Source: Acidobacteriota bacterium (lineage in GTDB: Bacteria; Acidobacteriota; UBA6911; RPQK01; JAJDTT01). Taken from it: DNA of 64,000 nucleotides. Of this stretch, positions 30,176 to 40,347 are shown in pieces. Each line of letters starts with the position of its first letter. Position 1 is the first letter of the stretch. The position numbers and the translations under genes were made by a program. A model generated the notes under the pieces. That model saw nothing but the letters and a program-made list of their open reading frames with translations, was not told the origin of the DNA and did no database searches. The stretch is from the NCBI GenBank assembly GCA_965217775.1, contig CBDCJH010000002.1, forward strand, positions 3,872,001-3,936,000, given 5' to 3'.

Positions 30176-31942
30176 ATGAGCCAGAACCTGATCGCCCTGC
30201 AGAACAAGTTTCTGGGTCACGGACAGACCGTCTACGACGAACTCTCGAAGCTCCACGAGCGGCAGGGCTACATCGGCGACCAGGACATCGACCGTCTGGC
30301 CCGTCAACACCACCTGCCTCCCCAGCAGATCCGGGCGACGGCCAAATTCTATGAGGAACTCTCCCACGACCGGCCGGCCGAACGGGTCATCAAGGTCTGC
30401 AACGGCGAGGCCTGCCGCGTTGCCGGGTTCGTTTCCTGCGAAGAACAGCTTCTGGAAGCTTGCGGACTCGAAGCTCCCGGGGGCGTCGGCACCAACGGGG
30501 TGCGGGTCGAGCACGTCACCTGTCTCGGCTATTGCGGACTGGGTCCCAACGTCATGGTCGACAACGACCCGGTCAGTCTCGCCGGCGAAGGCGCTCTCGA
30601 GTCGGTTCTGGAGTACGCGCGGTCCGGCGCTTCCCATGGACTGAACGAACCCAACAACCCGACCCACATGCCGCAGGGAAGCGAACCCTGCATTCTGCTG
30701 AGGCGGTTCGACCGGGACGTAGTGCCTCTCGAAGGCGCCCGGGATGCCGGAGTCTACAGTTCTCTGGAGAAGGCTCTCGCGTCCATGAGTCCGCAGCAGG
30801 TGATCGACGAAATCAAGGCCAGCCGGCTTCGGGGACGGGGGGGAGCCGGTTTTCCCTCGGGCATCAAGCTGGAAACGGTTTCGCGCTCCGCTTCGGCCGA
30901 CGGCCGCAAGTTCGTGGTGGTCAACTGCGACGAGGGGGACGCCGGATCCTACATCGACAAGGAACTGATGGAGCGAGACCCCCATACTCAATTGGAAGGA
31001 GCCCTGCTGGCCGCCTATTCCTGCGGCGCCCAGGAGGTGATCCTCTACATCCGGTTCGAGTACCCCCGCCTGCTTCGAGTGATGCGCCAGGCGATCGCCG
31101 AGGCCGAAGGAGCGGGCCTGGTGGGACCGAACATTTTGGGAAGCGATTTCTCCTGCCCGGTGCGGATCGTCATGGGTCAGGGGGCCTACATCTGCGGCGA
31201 GGAGACCTCGCTGCTCCGTTCCATCGAAGGGGTCCCGGCCATCGTCAGCTTCAAGCCGCCTTTCCCGGCCGAGAAAGGGCTCTACGGTTGCCCCACGGCG
31301 GTGAACAACGTCGAAACCCTGCACAACCTGCCCTGGATCATCGAACACGGCGGCGAAGCCTTTGCCGCCTACGGCCACGGAAACTCCCGGGGCACCAAGC
31401 TGGTCAGCCTCAACACCCGGGTCCGGCGGCCGGGGCTCTACGAGATCGAGTTGGGCGTCACCTTGCGGGATCTGATCTTCCACCGGGCCGGCGGGATGGC
31501 GCCCGGAGAGGTCTTCAAGGCGGTCCAGGTGGGAGGGCCCTTGGGAGGCATCCTGCCCGAGAGCAAGCTGGACACGCCCTTGGCCTTCGAGACCATGGCC
31601 GAAGCCGGCGGCATTCTGGGGCACGCCGGTGTGGTCGTCTATTCCCAACGGGACGATCTGGTGGAGATCGGACGGGCCCTGATGGCCTTCTGCGCCGTCG
31701 AAAGCTGCGGAAAGTGCTTCCCCTGCCGCATCGGCGCCGTACGGGGCACCGAGCTGTTCGACCAGTTCCTGGACCCGAACGGTATCGGCGTGACCGATGA
31801 CAAGCTGCAGTTGCTCTCGGAACTGTGCGAGACCATGAAGTACGGCAGCCTCTGCGCGCTGGGCGGAATGATCCCCATTCCCATCGAGAACCTGATGGAA
31901 TTCTTTCCCGAAGAGATCGACAGGTACCGGAGAGGCGCGTAG
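30176..31942 (+). CDS. NAD-linked formate dehydrogenase beta/gamma subunit (NuoE-NuoF-like fusion)
   Basis: 2Fe-2S Cys (CNGEAC, CLGYC), LRGRGGAGFP, NCDEGD, YICGEETSLL, ESCGKCFPCRIG, SLCALG. Confidence 0.92.
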   Translation: MSQNLIALQNKFLGHGQTVYDELSKLHERQGYIGDQDIDRLARQHHLPPQQIRATAKFYEELSHDRPAERVIKVCNGEACRVAGFVSCEEQLLEACGLEAPGGVGTNGVRVEHVTCLGYCGLGPNVMVDNDPVSLAGEGALESVLEYARSGASHGLNEPNNPTHMPQGSEPCILLRRFDRDVVPLEGARDAGVYSSLEKALASMSPQQVIDEIKASRLRGRGGAGFPSGIKLETVSRSASADGRKFVVVNCDEGDAGSYIDKELMERDPHTQLEGALLAAYSCGAQEVILYIRFEYPRLLRVMRQAIAEAEGAGLVGPNILGSDFSCPVRIVMGQGAYICGEETSLLRSIEGVPAIVSFKPPFPAEKGLYGCPTAVNNVETLHNLPWIIEHGGEAFAAYGHGNSRGTKLVSLNTRVRRPGLYEIELGVTLRDLIFHRAGGMAPGEVFKAVQVGGPLGGILPESKLDTPLAFETMAEAGGILGHAGVVVYSQRDDLVEIGRALMAFCAVESCGKCFPCRIGAVRGTELFDQFLDPNGIGVTDDKLQLLSELCETMKYGSLCALGGMIPIPIENLMEFFPEEIDRYRRGA

Positions 31943-31995
31943 GCGTTATCCATTAAAACGTAGTAGACTGACGGGTACCGCATAGGAATTCACTT

Positions 31996-34815
31996 ATGAG
32001 CCAACAGAATGGGCACGTATCCGCGACCATCGATGGACAATCCGTTTCCGTCCTTCGCGGAGCGACCATTCTGGAGGCCATGAAGCCCATTGGGCGCACC
32101 GTTCCCACGCTCTGCTACTCCGATCGAATGGAACCGTTCGGCGCCTGCCGGACCTGCCTGGTGGAGCAGGTGGGAGGCAAACCGGTCGCTTCGTGCCACA
32201 CCCAGGTTCGGGAGGGCGGCGTCTACACCACCCGATCCCCCCTGCTGACCCGCCTGCGGCGCAACATCACCGAGTTGATCGTCTCGGACCATCCTCTGGA
32301 ATGCCTGGACTGCACCGCCAACGGGCGCTGCGAGCTCCAGTCGCTGGCCCAGGACGTGGGTCTGCGCACTCCTCGCTACGACAGTCCGCGCATCCACACC
32401 CCGCCGATGGACAACACCCATCCCTTCATCAAGCTGGAGATGGACAAGTGCATCGGCTGCGCCCGGTGCGTGCGGGCGTGCGACGAGATCCAGGGTTCCT
32501 TCATCCTGGGAATGTCCGGGCGCGGCTATGACGTCCAGGTCATTGCGGGCAACGACACCGGGTTCGAGGAGGCGGACTGCGTCAGTTGCGGCCAGTGCGT
32601 TTACGAGTGCCCCGTCGCCGCCCTGGAGGAGACCCAGACCCGGGCTCATGGCCTGCCTGACGAGACCGTCACCACGACCTGCAGTTACTGCGGAGTCGGG
32701 TGCTCTCTGAACGTGAACATGAAGGACGGGGAGATCGTCAACATCGAGCCGAATCCTGAGGGGAGCGCCAATCTGGGGCACACCTGCGTCAAGGGGCGGT
32801 TCGCCCATCAGTTCGGCAAGAGCAAGGACCGGCTTCGAGTTCCGCTGATCAAGGACGGCGACGGCAATTTCCGCGAGGCCTCCTGGGACGAGGCCTTCGA
32901 CCTGATTGCCCGCAAGCTGTTGGAAGTCCGGGAACGGTACGGCCCGGAAGGTTTCGCCTTGATCAGTTCGTCCCGCTGCACCAACGAAGAGAATTTCCTG
33001 ACCCAGAAGTTCACCCGCACCATCATGCGGACCAACTCCGTGGACAATTGTTCGCGGGTCTGCCACTCCCCCTCGGCCTTCGCCCTGGGCGCGGCTTTGG
33101 GGACGGGAGCGGGGACCAACAGCTTCCAGGACGTGGAAAAGTCGAAGCTGCTCATGATCGTGGGCGCCAATCCCACCGAGGCTCACCCGGTCTTCGGCGC
33201 CCGCATGAAGCAGGCCGTCCTCAAGGGCTGCCAGCTCATCGTACTGGATCCCCGGAACACGGAACTGGCCCGGTGGGCGGACCTCCACCTGGCTCTGACA
33301 CCGGGTTCAAACGTCGCCGTCATCAACGCCATGCAGCATGTTCTCCTCACGGAGAGGCTCATCGACCAGAACTTCATCGACCGGTACAGCGAAGGCTTCG
33401 AGGAACTCAAGGCCGAGTTGGCTTCCTGCACGCCCGAGTGGGCCGGTGAGATCAGCGGAGTGGAACCCGATCTGATCCGAAAGGCGGCCCGGATGTATGC
33501 GGCCAGCGGCGCCAGCCAGATCCTGTGGGGTCTGGGGGTGACCGAAGCCGGACACGGGTCCAATGCCGTCTTCGGCATGATCAACATGGCCGTCATGACC
33601 GGAAACATCGGCCGGCCGGGCACCGGAACCTGTCCCATCCGGGGACAGAACAACGTCCAGGGCGCGTCCGACATGGGCGCGCTGCCCAACGTCTTCAGCG
33701 ACTACCGCCAGACCACGGATCCCCAGGCTCGGGCCGAGCACGAAGAGGTCTGGGGATGTCCGGTACCGGACAACACCGGACTGCGCATTCCCGACATGTT
33801 CGACGCGGCGCACGAGGGAACGCTCAAGGCCATGTACGTACTGGCCGAAGACATCGCCCAGTCGGACCCGGATACGGCCCATGTGGTGGGGGCTCTGGAA
33901 AAGCTGGATTTCCTGGTGGTCCAGGACATCTTCATGTGTGAGACGGCCAAGTACGCCGACGTCGTGCTGCCCGGATCCACCTTCCTGGAAAAGAACGGCA
34001 CCTTCACCAACTCCGATCGCCGGGTCCAGCGCGTCCGAGAAGTGGCGGCGCCTCCAGGCGAACTCATGGCCGACGGAGACGTGGTCAACACGGTGGCCCG
34101 CCGCATGGGTTTCGACCTCGGTTTCGACGACGGTCCGGGGACCCCCATCGATCCCAGCCGGATCATGGACGAGATCGCGCGGCTCACTCCCAAGTGGGGC
34201 GGCGTCCGCTACGACCGGCTCGAGCAGGAGGGGTTTCTCCAGTGGCCCTGCTACGACGAGAACCACCCGGGCACTCCTATCGTCCACGAGGGGGGCGACT
34301 TCCTGCGCGGCAAGGCGCAGTTGACGGTCACGCCGTGGCAGGAACCGGGTGAGCTGCCCAGCGACGAGTTCCCCTTCTATCTGACCACCGGCCGGATGCT
34401 CTTCCACTACAACGTGGGGACTCAGACCCGCCGCACCGCCGTGAGCAAGCTGGACAAGGCCCGGGAAGAGAAGGTGCGGATCCATCCCCGAGACGCCCGC
34501 TCCCTGGGCATCCGGGAAGAAGAGTTGGTGGACGTCATCTCCCGCCGGGGACGGGTTCGGGTCAAGGCCGAGATCACCAAGGCCAGCAACGTGGGCACCG
34601 TCTTCATGACCTTCCACTATCCCGAGACCCGAACCAACATCCTGGTGGGAGACGCCAAGGACGAGTTCACCGGTTGTCCCGAATACAAGGTCAGCGCGGT
34701 TCGGCTGGAGAAGGTAGCCACCGGGATCGAAGAGAGCTTCGCCCTACCCGGCGTGACCATCGAAGGCGAGCCGGTGCCGGTGGACCACCGGGAACTGGCC
34801 CTGGCCAAGGCGTAG
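31996..34815 (+). CDS. fdhF: Formate dehydrogenase alpha subunit (FdsA/FdhF-like, Cys-type)
   Basis: N-terminal Fe-S clusters, CSYCGVGC, CVKGRF, NCSRVCH, RGQNNVQG, PEYKVSAV. Confidence 0.93.
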   Translation: MSQQNGHVSATIDGQSVSVLRGATILEAMKPIGRTVPTLCYSDRMEPFGACRTCLVEQVGGKPVASCHTQVREGGVYTTRSPLLTRLRRNITELIVSDHPLECLDCTANGRCELQSLAQDVGLRTPRYDSPRIHTPPMDNTHPFIKLEMDKCIGCARCVRACDEIQGSFILGMSGRGYDVQVIAGNDTGFEEADCVSCGQCVYECPVAALEETQTRAHGLPDETVTTTCSYCGVGCSLNVNMKDGEIVNIEPNPEGSANLGHTCVKGRFAHQFGKSKDRLRVPLIKDGDGNFREASWDEAFDLIARKLLEVRERYGPEGFALISSSRCTNEENFLTQKFTRTIMRTNSVDNCSRVCHSPSAFALGAALGTGAGTNSFQDVEKSKLLMIVGANPTEAHPVFGARMKQAVLKGCQLIVLDPRNTELARWADLHLALTPGSNVAVINAMQHVLLTERLIDQNFIDRYSEGFEELKAELASCTPEWAGEISGVEPDLIRKAARMYAASGASQILWGLGVTEAGHGSNAVFGMINMAVMTGNIGRPGTGTCPIRGQNNVQGASDMGALPNVFSDYRQTTDPQARAEHEEVWGCPVPDNTGLRIPDMFDAAHEGTLKAMYVLAEDIAQSDPDTAHVVGALEKLDFLVVQDIFMCETAKYADVVLPGSTFLEKNGTFTNSDRRVQRVREVAAPPGELMADGDVVNTVARRMGFDLGFDDGPGTPIDPSRIMDEIARLTPKWGGVRYDRLEQEGFLQWPCYDENHPGTPIVHEGGDFLRGKAQLTVTPWQEPGELPSDEFPFYLTTGRMLFHYNVGTQTRRTAVSKLDKAREEKVRIHPRDARSLGIREEELVDVISRRGRVRVKAEITKASNVGTVFMTFHYPETRTNILVGDAKDEFTGCPEYKVSAVRLEKVATGIEESFALPGVTIEGEPVPVDHRELALAKA

Positions 34816-34836
34816 CCTCCGAACTTTCCATGTACA

Positions 34837-34915
34837 GGAGCGGCGGTTTCCCAGCCGCCGAACTCCTTTCTAAGCGTCGAAGATTGGGGGAATGGGGGAC
34901 AAGAATGTCCCCTCT
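34837..34915. repeat. REP-like palindrome pair downstream of the fdh stop
   Basis: GGAG-cggcgg tttcccag ccgccg and ggggaca agaa tgtcccc. Confidence 0.65.
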
Positions 34916-34930
34916 TACGTCTCTCTCGGA

Positions 34931-35136
34931 AAGAAGGGGACAGTCTGTTTTGCTGCCGTGCTGCCGTGCCGCGCGTGCTGCCGTGCCGCGCGCGTTCCGT
35001 TCCGGAAAGGGACAGTCTCGATTCCGGTCTGGAACGGTCCTACACATCGAGCGGGTCCGAAAGAAGGGGACAGTCTGTTTTGCCGGTTTTTCCGTGCCGC
35101 GCCGGGAAGCCGCGGAAAGGGACAGTCTCGATTCCG
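34931..35136 (+). repeat. Left short-repeat array flanking RAYT
   Basis: aagaaggggacagtctgttttgc at 34931 and 35061 alternating with ggaaagggacagtctcgattccg at 35004 and 35114. Confidence 0.88.
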
Positions 35137-35378
35137 ATCCGGATCCGCGGATCCGCGAGTGGGCCCGCGCGATTGCGGATGGGATCAAGCTGCTCTTGTA
35201 TGGCCGGGCCGCCGGGATTGGACCGCCTCGTCGCGATCCTCGTTCAAACCTGCTTCCCCTGTTCTCCTGAACCGTCAGGAAAGTGGGGAAAGTCCAGAGT
35301 CTATTGGGCGGTTTCCGTGATCTGGGTCGTTCGGTGCCACGGTGGCAGAATCGACGGACGGGCGGAGATCAGGCGAGT

Positions 35379-36314
35379 CTACGTGACGAAGGCGTGCGAG
35401 CGCTGCTCCCGCAGGGAAAACAGCACTCCGCCCAGTTGGGGGATGGGGTGTCGGCGACGCCGATATCGACCTTGCTTTCGATACGTCTCCAGCAGCTGCG
35501 CCACCTTCTCTGCCGGACCGACGGCCAACCCGTCCGTCAGAAATCGCAAACGCCGGAGAAAGGCTCCGGCACGGGTAAATCCACGTCGCTGCTCCTGAAG
35601 GAGGATCCACCGGGGGATCGCAGCCTGGTTCTCCCGGGTGGGGACGGCTCCTCGATAGTACAAGCGAGCCCGGTAACTACTGTACACGTCCGCTCCGGGA
35701 TCCGAGGGGAACAGTTCCTCCAGTGGAATCAGATCTTGATCCTCGCCAGTGAGTCTCCAGCGGGCCGAGCCCCACTGCCATTGCTCGGGCCTTTTGACCA
35801 GTCCGGCCCGGACGGCGTTGAGTTCCACGTAGAGGATGGCGTCCTGGACGGCTTCGCTTCCCAAGAGTTCCAGGTTCTTGAAACGATCACCCCAAAGATG
35901 GCCTCGCCGTTTGAAATTGCGGTTGAACCACCGGGCATAGAACCCGTCCACGTTCGCCATCAGTTTCGACACGTCAAAGAGACGCTGGTTGAAAGCCTCC
36001 CACTGGGCGACGGTCCAATCGGCGGTTTTCTTCTCTGCCTGTTGTCCATAAAGCTTGTGGGCGCTGTCCATCAACTCGTCGCGGGACAGGGGGCGGGGTT
36101 TCTCAAAATGGATGACGAAGTGGAAGTGATTGCCCATGATCTGGAAAGCGGCCAAACGACACCGGTAGACATTGACGTAGAACGACATCATGTCCAGGAG
36201 TTTGCGACCGGCTTCGTGGTTTTTAAAGGGGAACCAATCGGAATTGCCGGCGACTCGATTGGTGAGGTGATAGAAGGCGGCTTCTGAACTCTTGTGTCGT
36301 GCGGCTCGGGGCAT
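35379..36314 (-). CDS. REP-associated tyrosine (HUH/Y1) transposase, RAYT-like
   Basis: MPRAAR...FYHLTNR, IMGNHFHF (HUH), RRGHLWGDRFK, YVELNAVRAGLV...WQWGS. Confidence 0.9.
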   Translation of the reverse strand: MPRAARHKSSEAAFYHLTNRVAGNSDWFPFKNHEAGRKLLDMMSFYVNVYRCRLAAFQIMGNHFHFVIHFEKPRPLSRDELMDSAHKLYGQQAEKKTADWTVAQWEAFNQRLFDVSKLMANVDGFYARWFNRNFKRRGHLWGDRFKNLELLGSEAVQDAILYVELNAVRAGLVKRPEQWQWGSARWRLTGEDQDLIPLEELFPSDPGADVYSSYRARLYYRGAVPTRENQAAIPRWILLQEQRRGFTRAGAFLRRLRFLTDGLAVGPAEKVAQLLETYRKQGRYRRRRHPIPQLGGVLFSLREQRSHAFVT

Positions 36315-36514
36315 GGCCACGATCCTCGGTTCGGTTAATCGGACTCGGACTCGCGGGGTAGTCGTTTCGCAAACCTTTATGACACCAACGATTCAGAACT
36401 GAGAAAGGCGAAGGAAACTCAAGAAAATCACCAAACCTCCCGTTTGCGGAAGCAACCGAGGAAACTTGACCAAGTCGCCACCTCAGTTGTCTTTGCAGGC
36501 CCGTGCCCCTCGGT

Positions 36515-36836
36515 AAAACAGACTGTCCCCTTCTAATAAAACAAATAAAACATGCCCGTCCCCGTCCCGGGCAAAACATGCCCGTCCCCGTCCCGGCAAA
36601 ACAGACTGTCCCTTTCTTGCCTTCGGCGTGTCCCTTTCTTGCCTTCGGCGAAGGAGCCGACACCTTTGTGGTCTGCCCTGTGCCTCCCGTCCCAGCAAAA
36701 CACAGCAAAACAGACTGTCCCCTTCTTGCCCCGGCATGCCCCGGCATGCCCCGGCAAAACAGACTGTCCCCTTCTTGCCGTCCCCTTCTTGCCCCCCCTT
36801 GCCCGTCTGCCCTGCCTCGCTTGCCCGTCTGCCCGA
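36515..36836 (-). repeat. Right short-repeat array flanking RAYT, inverted relative to the left array
   Basis: Four aaaacagactgtccc(c/t)tt copies (~36515, 36598, 36707, 36756) among stuttered micro-duplications. Confidence 0.88.
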
Positions 36837-36838
36837 CC

Positions 36839-37035
36839 ATCCCGAGACCCGCACCAACATCCTGGTGGGAGACGCCAAGGATGAGTTCACCGGTTGTCCC
36901 GAATACAAGGTGAGTGCGGTTCGGCTGGAGAAGGTGGTCACCGGGATCGAAGAGAGCTTTGCCCTGCCCGGCGTGACCATCGAAGGTGAGCGGGTGCCGG
37001 TGGACCACCGGGAACTGGCCCTGGCTAAAGCCTGA
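36839..37035 (+). pseudogene. Orphan duplicate of the last ~65 codons of the formate dehydrogenase alpha gene
   Basis: Direct repeat of 34619-34815 (offset 2220), ending in its own TGA. Confidence 0.93.
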
Positions 37036-37050
37036 TCGCCGGATTCAATC

Positions 37051-38112
37051 TCAATCCCCGTTCCAGTTCGTGGAATCCAGCCCGAAGTGTTTCATCTGCC
37101 GGCGGATCCGGTCCCAGGTCTGGTCGTCCACCTCGATGCCTTCCGACTCGCGCTTCCGGGCACTCCGGAATTCCGGCTCGCCGGGAAGCAGGATCTCCCG
37201 GAAGCCGGGAGCCAGACGGCTGGTTCGGATGTGGGCGATCATGGCATCCAGTTCATCGTAGTAGGTTTCCAGTTCGGTGAAGTGCTCGATGTGGTAGACG
37301 GTCAGGAGTACTCCATTGCTGACGAACTTGGGGGCGCCGGCCGCGCAGCCCTCGCCGCCAACGGCTCCTCCCATGACCTCCACCATCATGGACAGTCCGT
37401 AGCCCTTGTGAGCTACCACCCCGCCCAGAGGGAGGAGCGCCCCGGGTGGATCGGATTTCACCTTCTGCGGGTCGGTGGTGGGCCTGCCCTGGAAGTCGAC
37501 GGCCCAACCCTCGGGGATGGACTCACCGCGGTTGATGGCCACACGAACCTTCCCTTCGGCCACCACCGAAGTGGTCATGTCCAACAACAGCGGTTCGTGG
37601 CCGCGGCGGGGGGCGGCGAAGGCCAGGGGATTGGTGGACAGCCGGCCTATCCGGCCCCCGAAGGGGATCACCTGCGCGCCCAGATGTCCCGCGTTGGCGA
37701 AGAGCTGGGCCATGAATCCGGACCGGGCGGCCATCAGTGGATAAGCCCCCACCCGGCCGATATGGCTGGTGTTGCGCAGGGTCACGGTCGCCACACCGTG
37801 GACTCGCGCCTTCTCCATGGCCAGCCGGGTCGCGAAGGCGGCACCCACCTGCCCCAGGGCGCCTCCTCCGTCCACCACGGCCGAGCTGGGACGTTCCTGG
37901 ACGATCCTGGGCCGGGCGCCGGGATTGAAGCGGCCGTCACGAATCCCTTGAGCGTACTCGTAGAACCGGATGGCTCCATGGGAATCGTGGCCGAAGAGGC
38001 TCGACTCCACCAGGTGGTCCACTACGACCTGGGCATCCTCCGGACGACAACCCGCGGCCTGGAAGAGCCGATAGCCGACTTCCCTCAGGGCTTGGGGGGA
38101 GAACCTGGGCAA
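37051..38112 (-). CDS. Ldh_2 family (malate/L-lactate-like) oxidoreductase
   Basis: GHDSHG, RNTSHIGR, STNPLAFAAP, LDMTTS, HKGYGLS, ILLPGE. Confidence 0.92.
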   Translation of the reverse strand: MPRFSPQALREVGYRLFQAAGCRPEDAQVVVDHLVESSLFGHDSHGAIRFYEYAQGIRDGRFNPGARPRIVQERPSSAVVDGGGALGQVGAAFATRLAMEKARVHGVATVTLRNTSHIGRVGAYPLMAARSGFMAQLFANAGHLGAQVIPFGGRIGRLSTNPLAFAAPRRGHEPLLLDMTTSVVAEGKVRVAINRGESIPEGWAVDFQGRPTTDPQKVKSDPPGALLPLGGVVAHKGYGLSMMVEVMGGAVGGEGCAAGAPKFVSNGVLLTVYHIEHFTELETYYDELDAMIAHIRTSRLAPGFREILLPGEPEFRSARKRESEGIEVDDQTWDRIRRQMKHFGLDSTNWNGD

Positions 38113-38148
38113 GGGAGTACTCCTTTCCTGCGCCGTATCCGTCGTTCT

Positions 38149-39204
38149 CTAACCGGCCGCCGGCAGGGGCAAGCCGAGACGTTCCATGTCAGCGCCGATG
38201 AGGGACCAGGTCTTGGCGTCGATGTCGATTCCATTTATTTCCCTCTGTTGAGCCGATCGCAGCTCAGGCTCCCCTGGAAGCAGGATCCCGTGAAACCCCG
38301 GGGCGGGCGGGCTGGACCGGACGTACCGGATCAACGCCTCCACCTCCTGGTAGTAGTCCTCCAGGTCGATGAAGTGATCGATCCGATGGACCACCAGGAG
38401 CATGCCGTTGCTGACCATCTCCGATTCACCGACGCAACATCCCTGGCCGCTCAGGGTTCCCGCCAAGAGCTCCACCATGAGGCTCATCCCGTATCCCTTG
38501 TGGGACGCGATTCCGCCCAGGGGGAGGATCGCGCCTCTCGGTTCGGCCCTGAAACTGTCGGGATCGGTGGTGGGGCGTCCCTGGTGATCGATGAGCCATC
38601 CTTCCGGCACCCGTTTCCCGGCGTAGGAGGCGACCCGCACCTTGCCTTCGGCGGCCACTGACGTGGTCATGTCCAGAAAGATGGGCTCCGTGTCGCGCCG
38701 GGGGGCCGCGAAAGCCAGGGGATCGGTGGTGAGACGCGCGTCGATGCCACCGAAAGGCGCAATCTGGTTTCCGAAGCGGCCGCCGTTGACAAAAGCCTGG
38801 CCGATCATTCCGCCGCGGGCCACCATCAACGGGTAGGCCCCGACTCGGCCCACGTGGCTCGTGTTGCGCAGCGAAACCGCGGCCACTCCATGCTGGGAGG
38901 CCTTGTCCATGGCCAAACGGGTGGCGAAGGCGGCGCCAACCTGACCCAGCGCGCCGGCGGCGTCCACGACCGCACAGGAGGGATGGTCCCGGACCACTCT
39001 GGGCTGGGCCTTGGCCTGGAAACGCCCCTTCCGGATGGCGTCCATATACTCAGGGTAACGGATGACCCCGTGGGAATCGTGTCCGAAGAGATTCGACTCC
39101 ACCAGATGATGGGTGACGACCCGGGCATCCGCCGCGTCGCATCCGGCGGCCTCGAAGAGCTGGTAGCCGATCCGGCGCAGGGTTTCGGCTTGGACGATGG
39201 GCAT
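38149..39204 (-). CDS. Ldh_2 family oxidoreductase, tandem paralogue
   Basis: GHDSHG, RNTSHVGR, LDMTTS, HKGYGMS, ILLPGE. Confidence 0.92.
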   Translation of the reverse strand: MPIVQAETLRRIGYQLFEAAGCDAADARVVTHHLVESNLFGHDSHGVIRYPEYMDAIRKGRFQAKAQPRVVRDHPSCAVVDAAGALGQVGAAFATRLAMDKASQHGVAAVSLRNTSHVGRVGAYPLMVARGGMIGQAFVNGGRFGNQIAPFGGIDARLTTDPLAFAAPRRDTEPIFLDMTTSVAAEGKVRVASYAGKRVPEGWLIDHQGRPTTDPDSFRAEPRGAILPLGGIASHKGYGMSLMVELLAGTLSGQGCCVGESEMVSNGMLLVVHRIDHFIDLEDYYQEVEALIRYVRSSPPAPGFHGILLPGEPELRSAQQREINGIDIDAKTWSLIGADMERLGLPLPAAG

Positions 39205-39362
39205 GGCGGCAATTTCTCCAGCGGCGGATTGTAAAGGATGGGGTCCCTACTGTCAGCCGCCGATCCGGCAAGAATCGGCGGGGGAGATTGCCAGACTCGG
39301 CTCTCCGTTGGCAAAATGGAGCCCGCCAACGTCTTTGAGACGTTCACGGGAAGGGTAGCGCA

Positions 39363-40235
39363 ATGGACACCTCTTTCACCAACAGTCGAGAAAGCCTGGA
39401 GCGGGCGAACCGGGTCCCGGAAAGCCATTGGCACAGTCTGAACCGCGCCCAGCAGTTTCGTTCCATCGAGTTGGACGGTTTCGCCGTCGTTCCTGATCTC
39501 CTGAGCGAGGAACTGATGGAGGAGATCCGGGAGGAGACCTCCAGAGTCCCCACCACCGCGGTCGATTACAGCGAGCATCAGCGATACTTTTCCGATGTGC
39601 AGTGGACCGACTCACCCCACGCCACCTCGGTCATTGCTCTGCCGGCCACGGTGGAGTTCCTGGAAGAACTCCTGGGTGACAAGCTGATCTGCACCTCCTC
39701 CTCGTATGTCGAGTCCAGGCCGGGCCACCCGGGAATCTCCATTCACACCGATGCCCAGCCCTACGGGTCCAAGATATTCGGAATCGCGTCCAGCTCGCCC
39801 TGCCTGGTCCGAGTCCTCTACTACCTGGACGACCTGACTCCGGAGTGCTCCCCCTTCAAGGTCATTCCGCGCTCCCACCTGTCGCTGCACAGCGACGCCA
39901 ACCCCTACAACAAATACCTTTCCCACGACGATGAGTTGATGGTGACCTGCCGCGCCGGCTCGGCGGTGATCATCAACCAGAAGGTGTTTCACGGCAACTT
40001 TCCCAACTACAGCGACCGGATCCGCCGCATGTTCGCCATCGCCTACCGGCCCGCCTGGGCGGGTCCCATAGACGAGGTTCCCGAGCGCGACCCGGAGCAG
40101 GTGGCCGGTCTACCTCCGGCCGTCCGTAAATACTTCAGGAGCCTGAATACACGGAGGATCGAGTTCGATTTTCCGAACCGCCCGGACAACCTGGCGAGGC
40201 ATGCCGCGGGCATCTCGCCCGGCCGCTGGAGCTGA
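39363..40235 (+). CDS. PhyH family dioxygenase, tandem copy 1
   Basis: HTD facial-triad motif, YYLDDLT...FKVIPRSH, distal FHGN. Confidence 0.88.
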   Translation: MDTSFTNSRESLERANRVPESHWHSLNRAQQFRSIELDGFAVVPDLLSEELMEEIREETSRVPTTAVDYSEHQRYFSDVQWTDSPHATSVIALPATVEFLEELLGDKLICTSSSYVESRPGHPGISIHTDAQPYGSKIFGIASSSPCLVRVLYYLDDLTPECSPFKVIPRSHLSLHSDANPYNKYLSHDDELMVTCRAGSAVIINQKVFHGNFPNYSDRIRRMFAIAYRPAWAGPIDEVPERDPEQVAGLPPAVRKYFRSLNTRRIEFDFPNRPDNLARHAAGISPGRWS

Positions 40236-40347
40236 TCCAGGTTATGAGGGGATGGGACGCCGCGATTCACCGCCTGGACCGAAGCGCACCTTGCCCCAGA
40301 CAGGAACGATTCGGACCAGGAAGAATGAAGGGAGGAAGGGGAGAGAA

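Noticed and set aside
31996-34815. Selenocysteine formate dehydrogenase
   Set aside because: Active-site motif reads NCSRVCH with no in-frame TGA.
34931-36836. CRISPR array
   Set aside because: Irregular spacing, low-complexity self-derived spacers, opposite orientation on the two sides, no cas genes.
34619-37035. Diversity-generating retroelement (fdh 3' repeat as VR/TR plus the RT at 57721)
   Set aside because: Mismatches are mostly third-position and not adenine-specific, and the RT is a group II intron maturase inside a complete intron.
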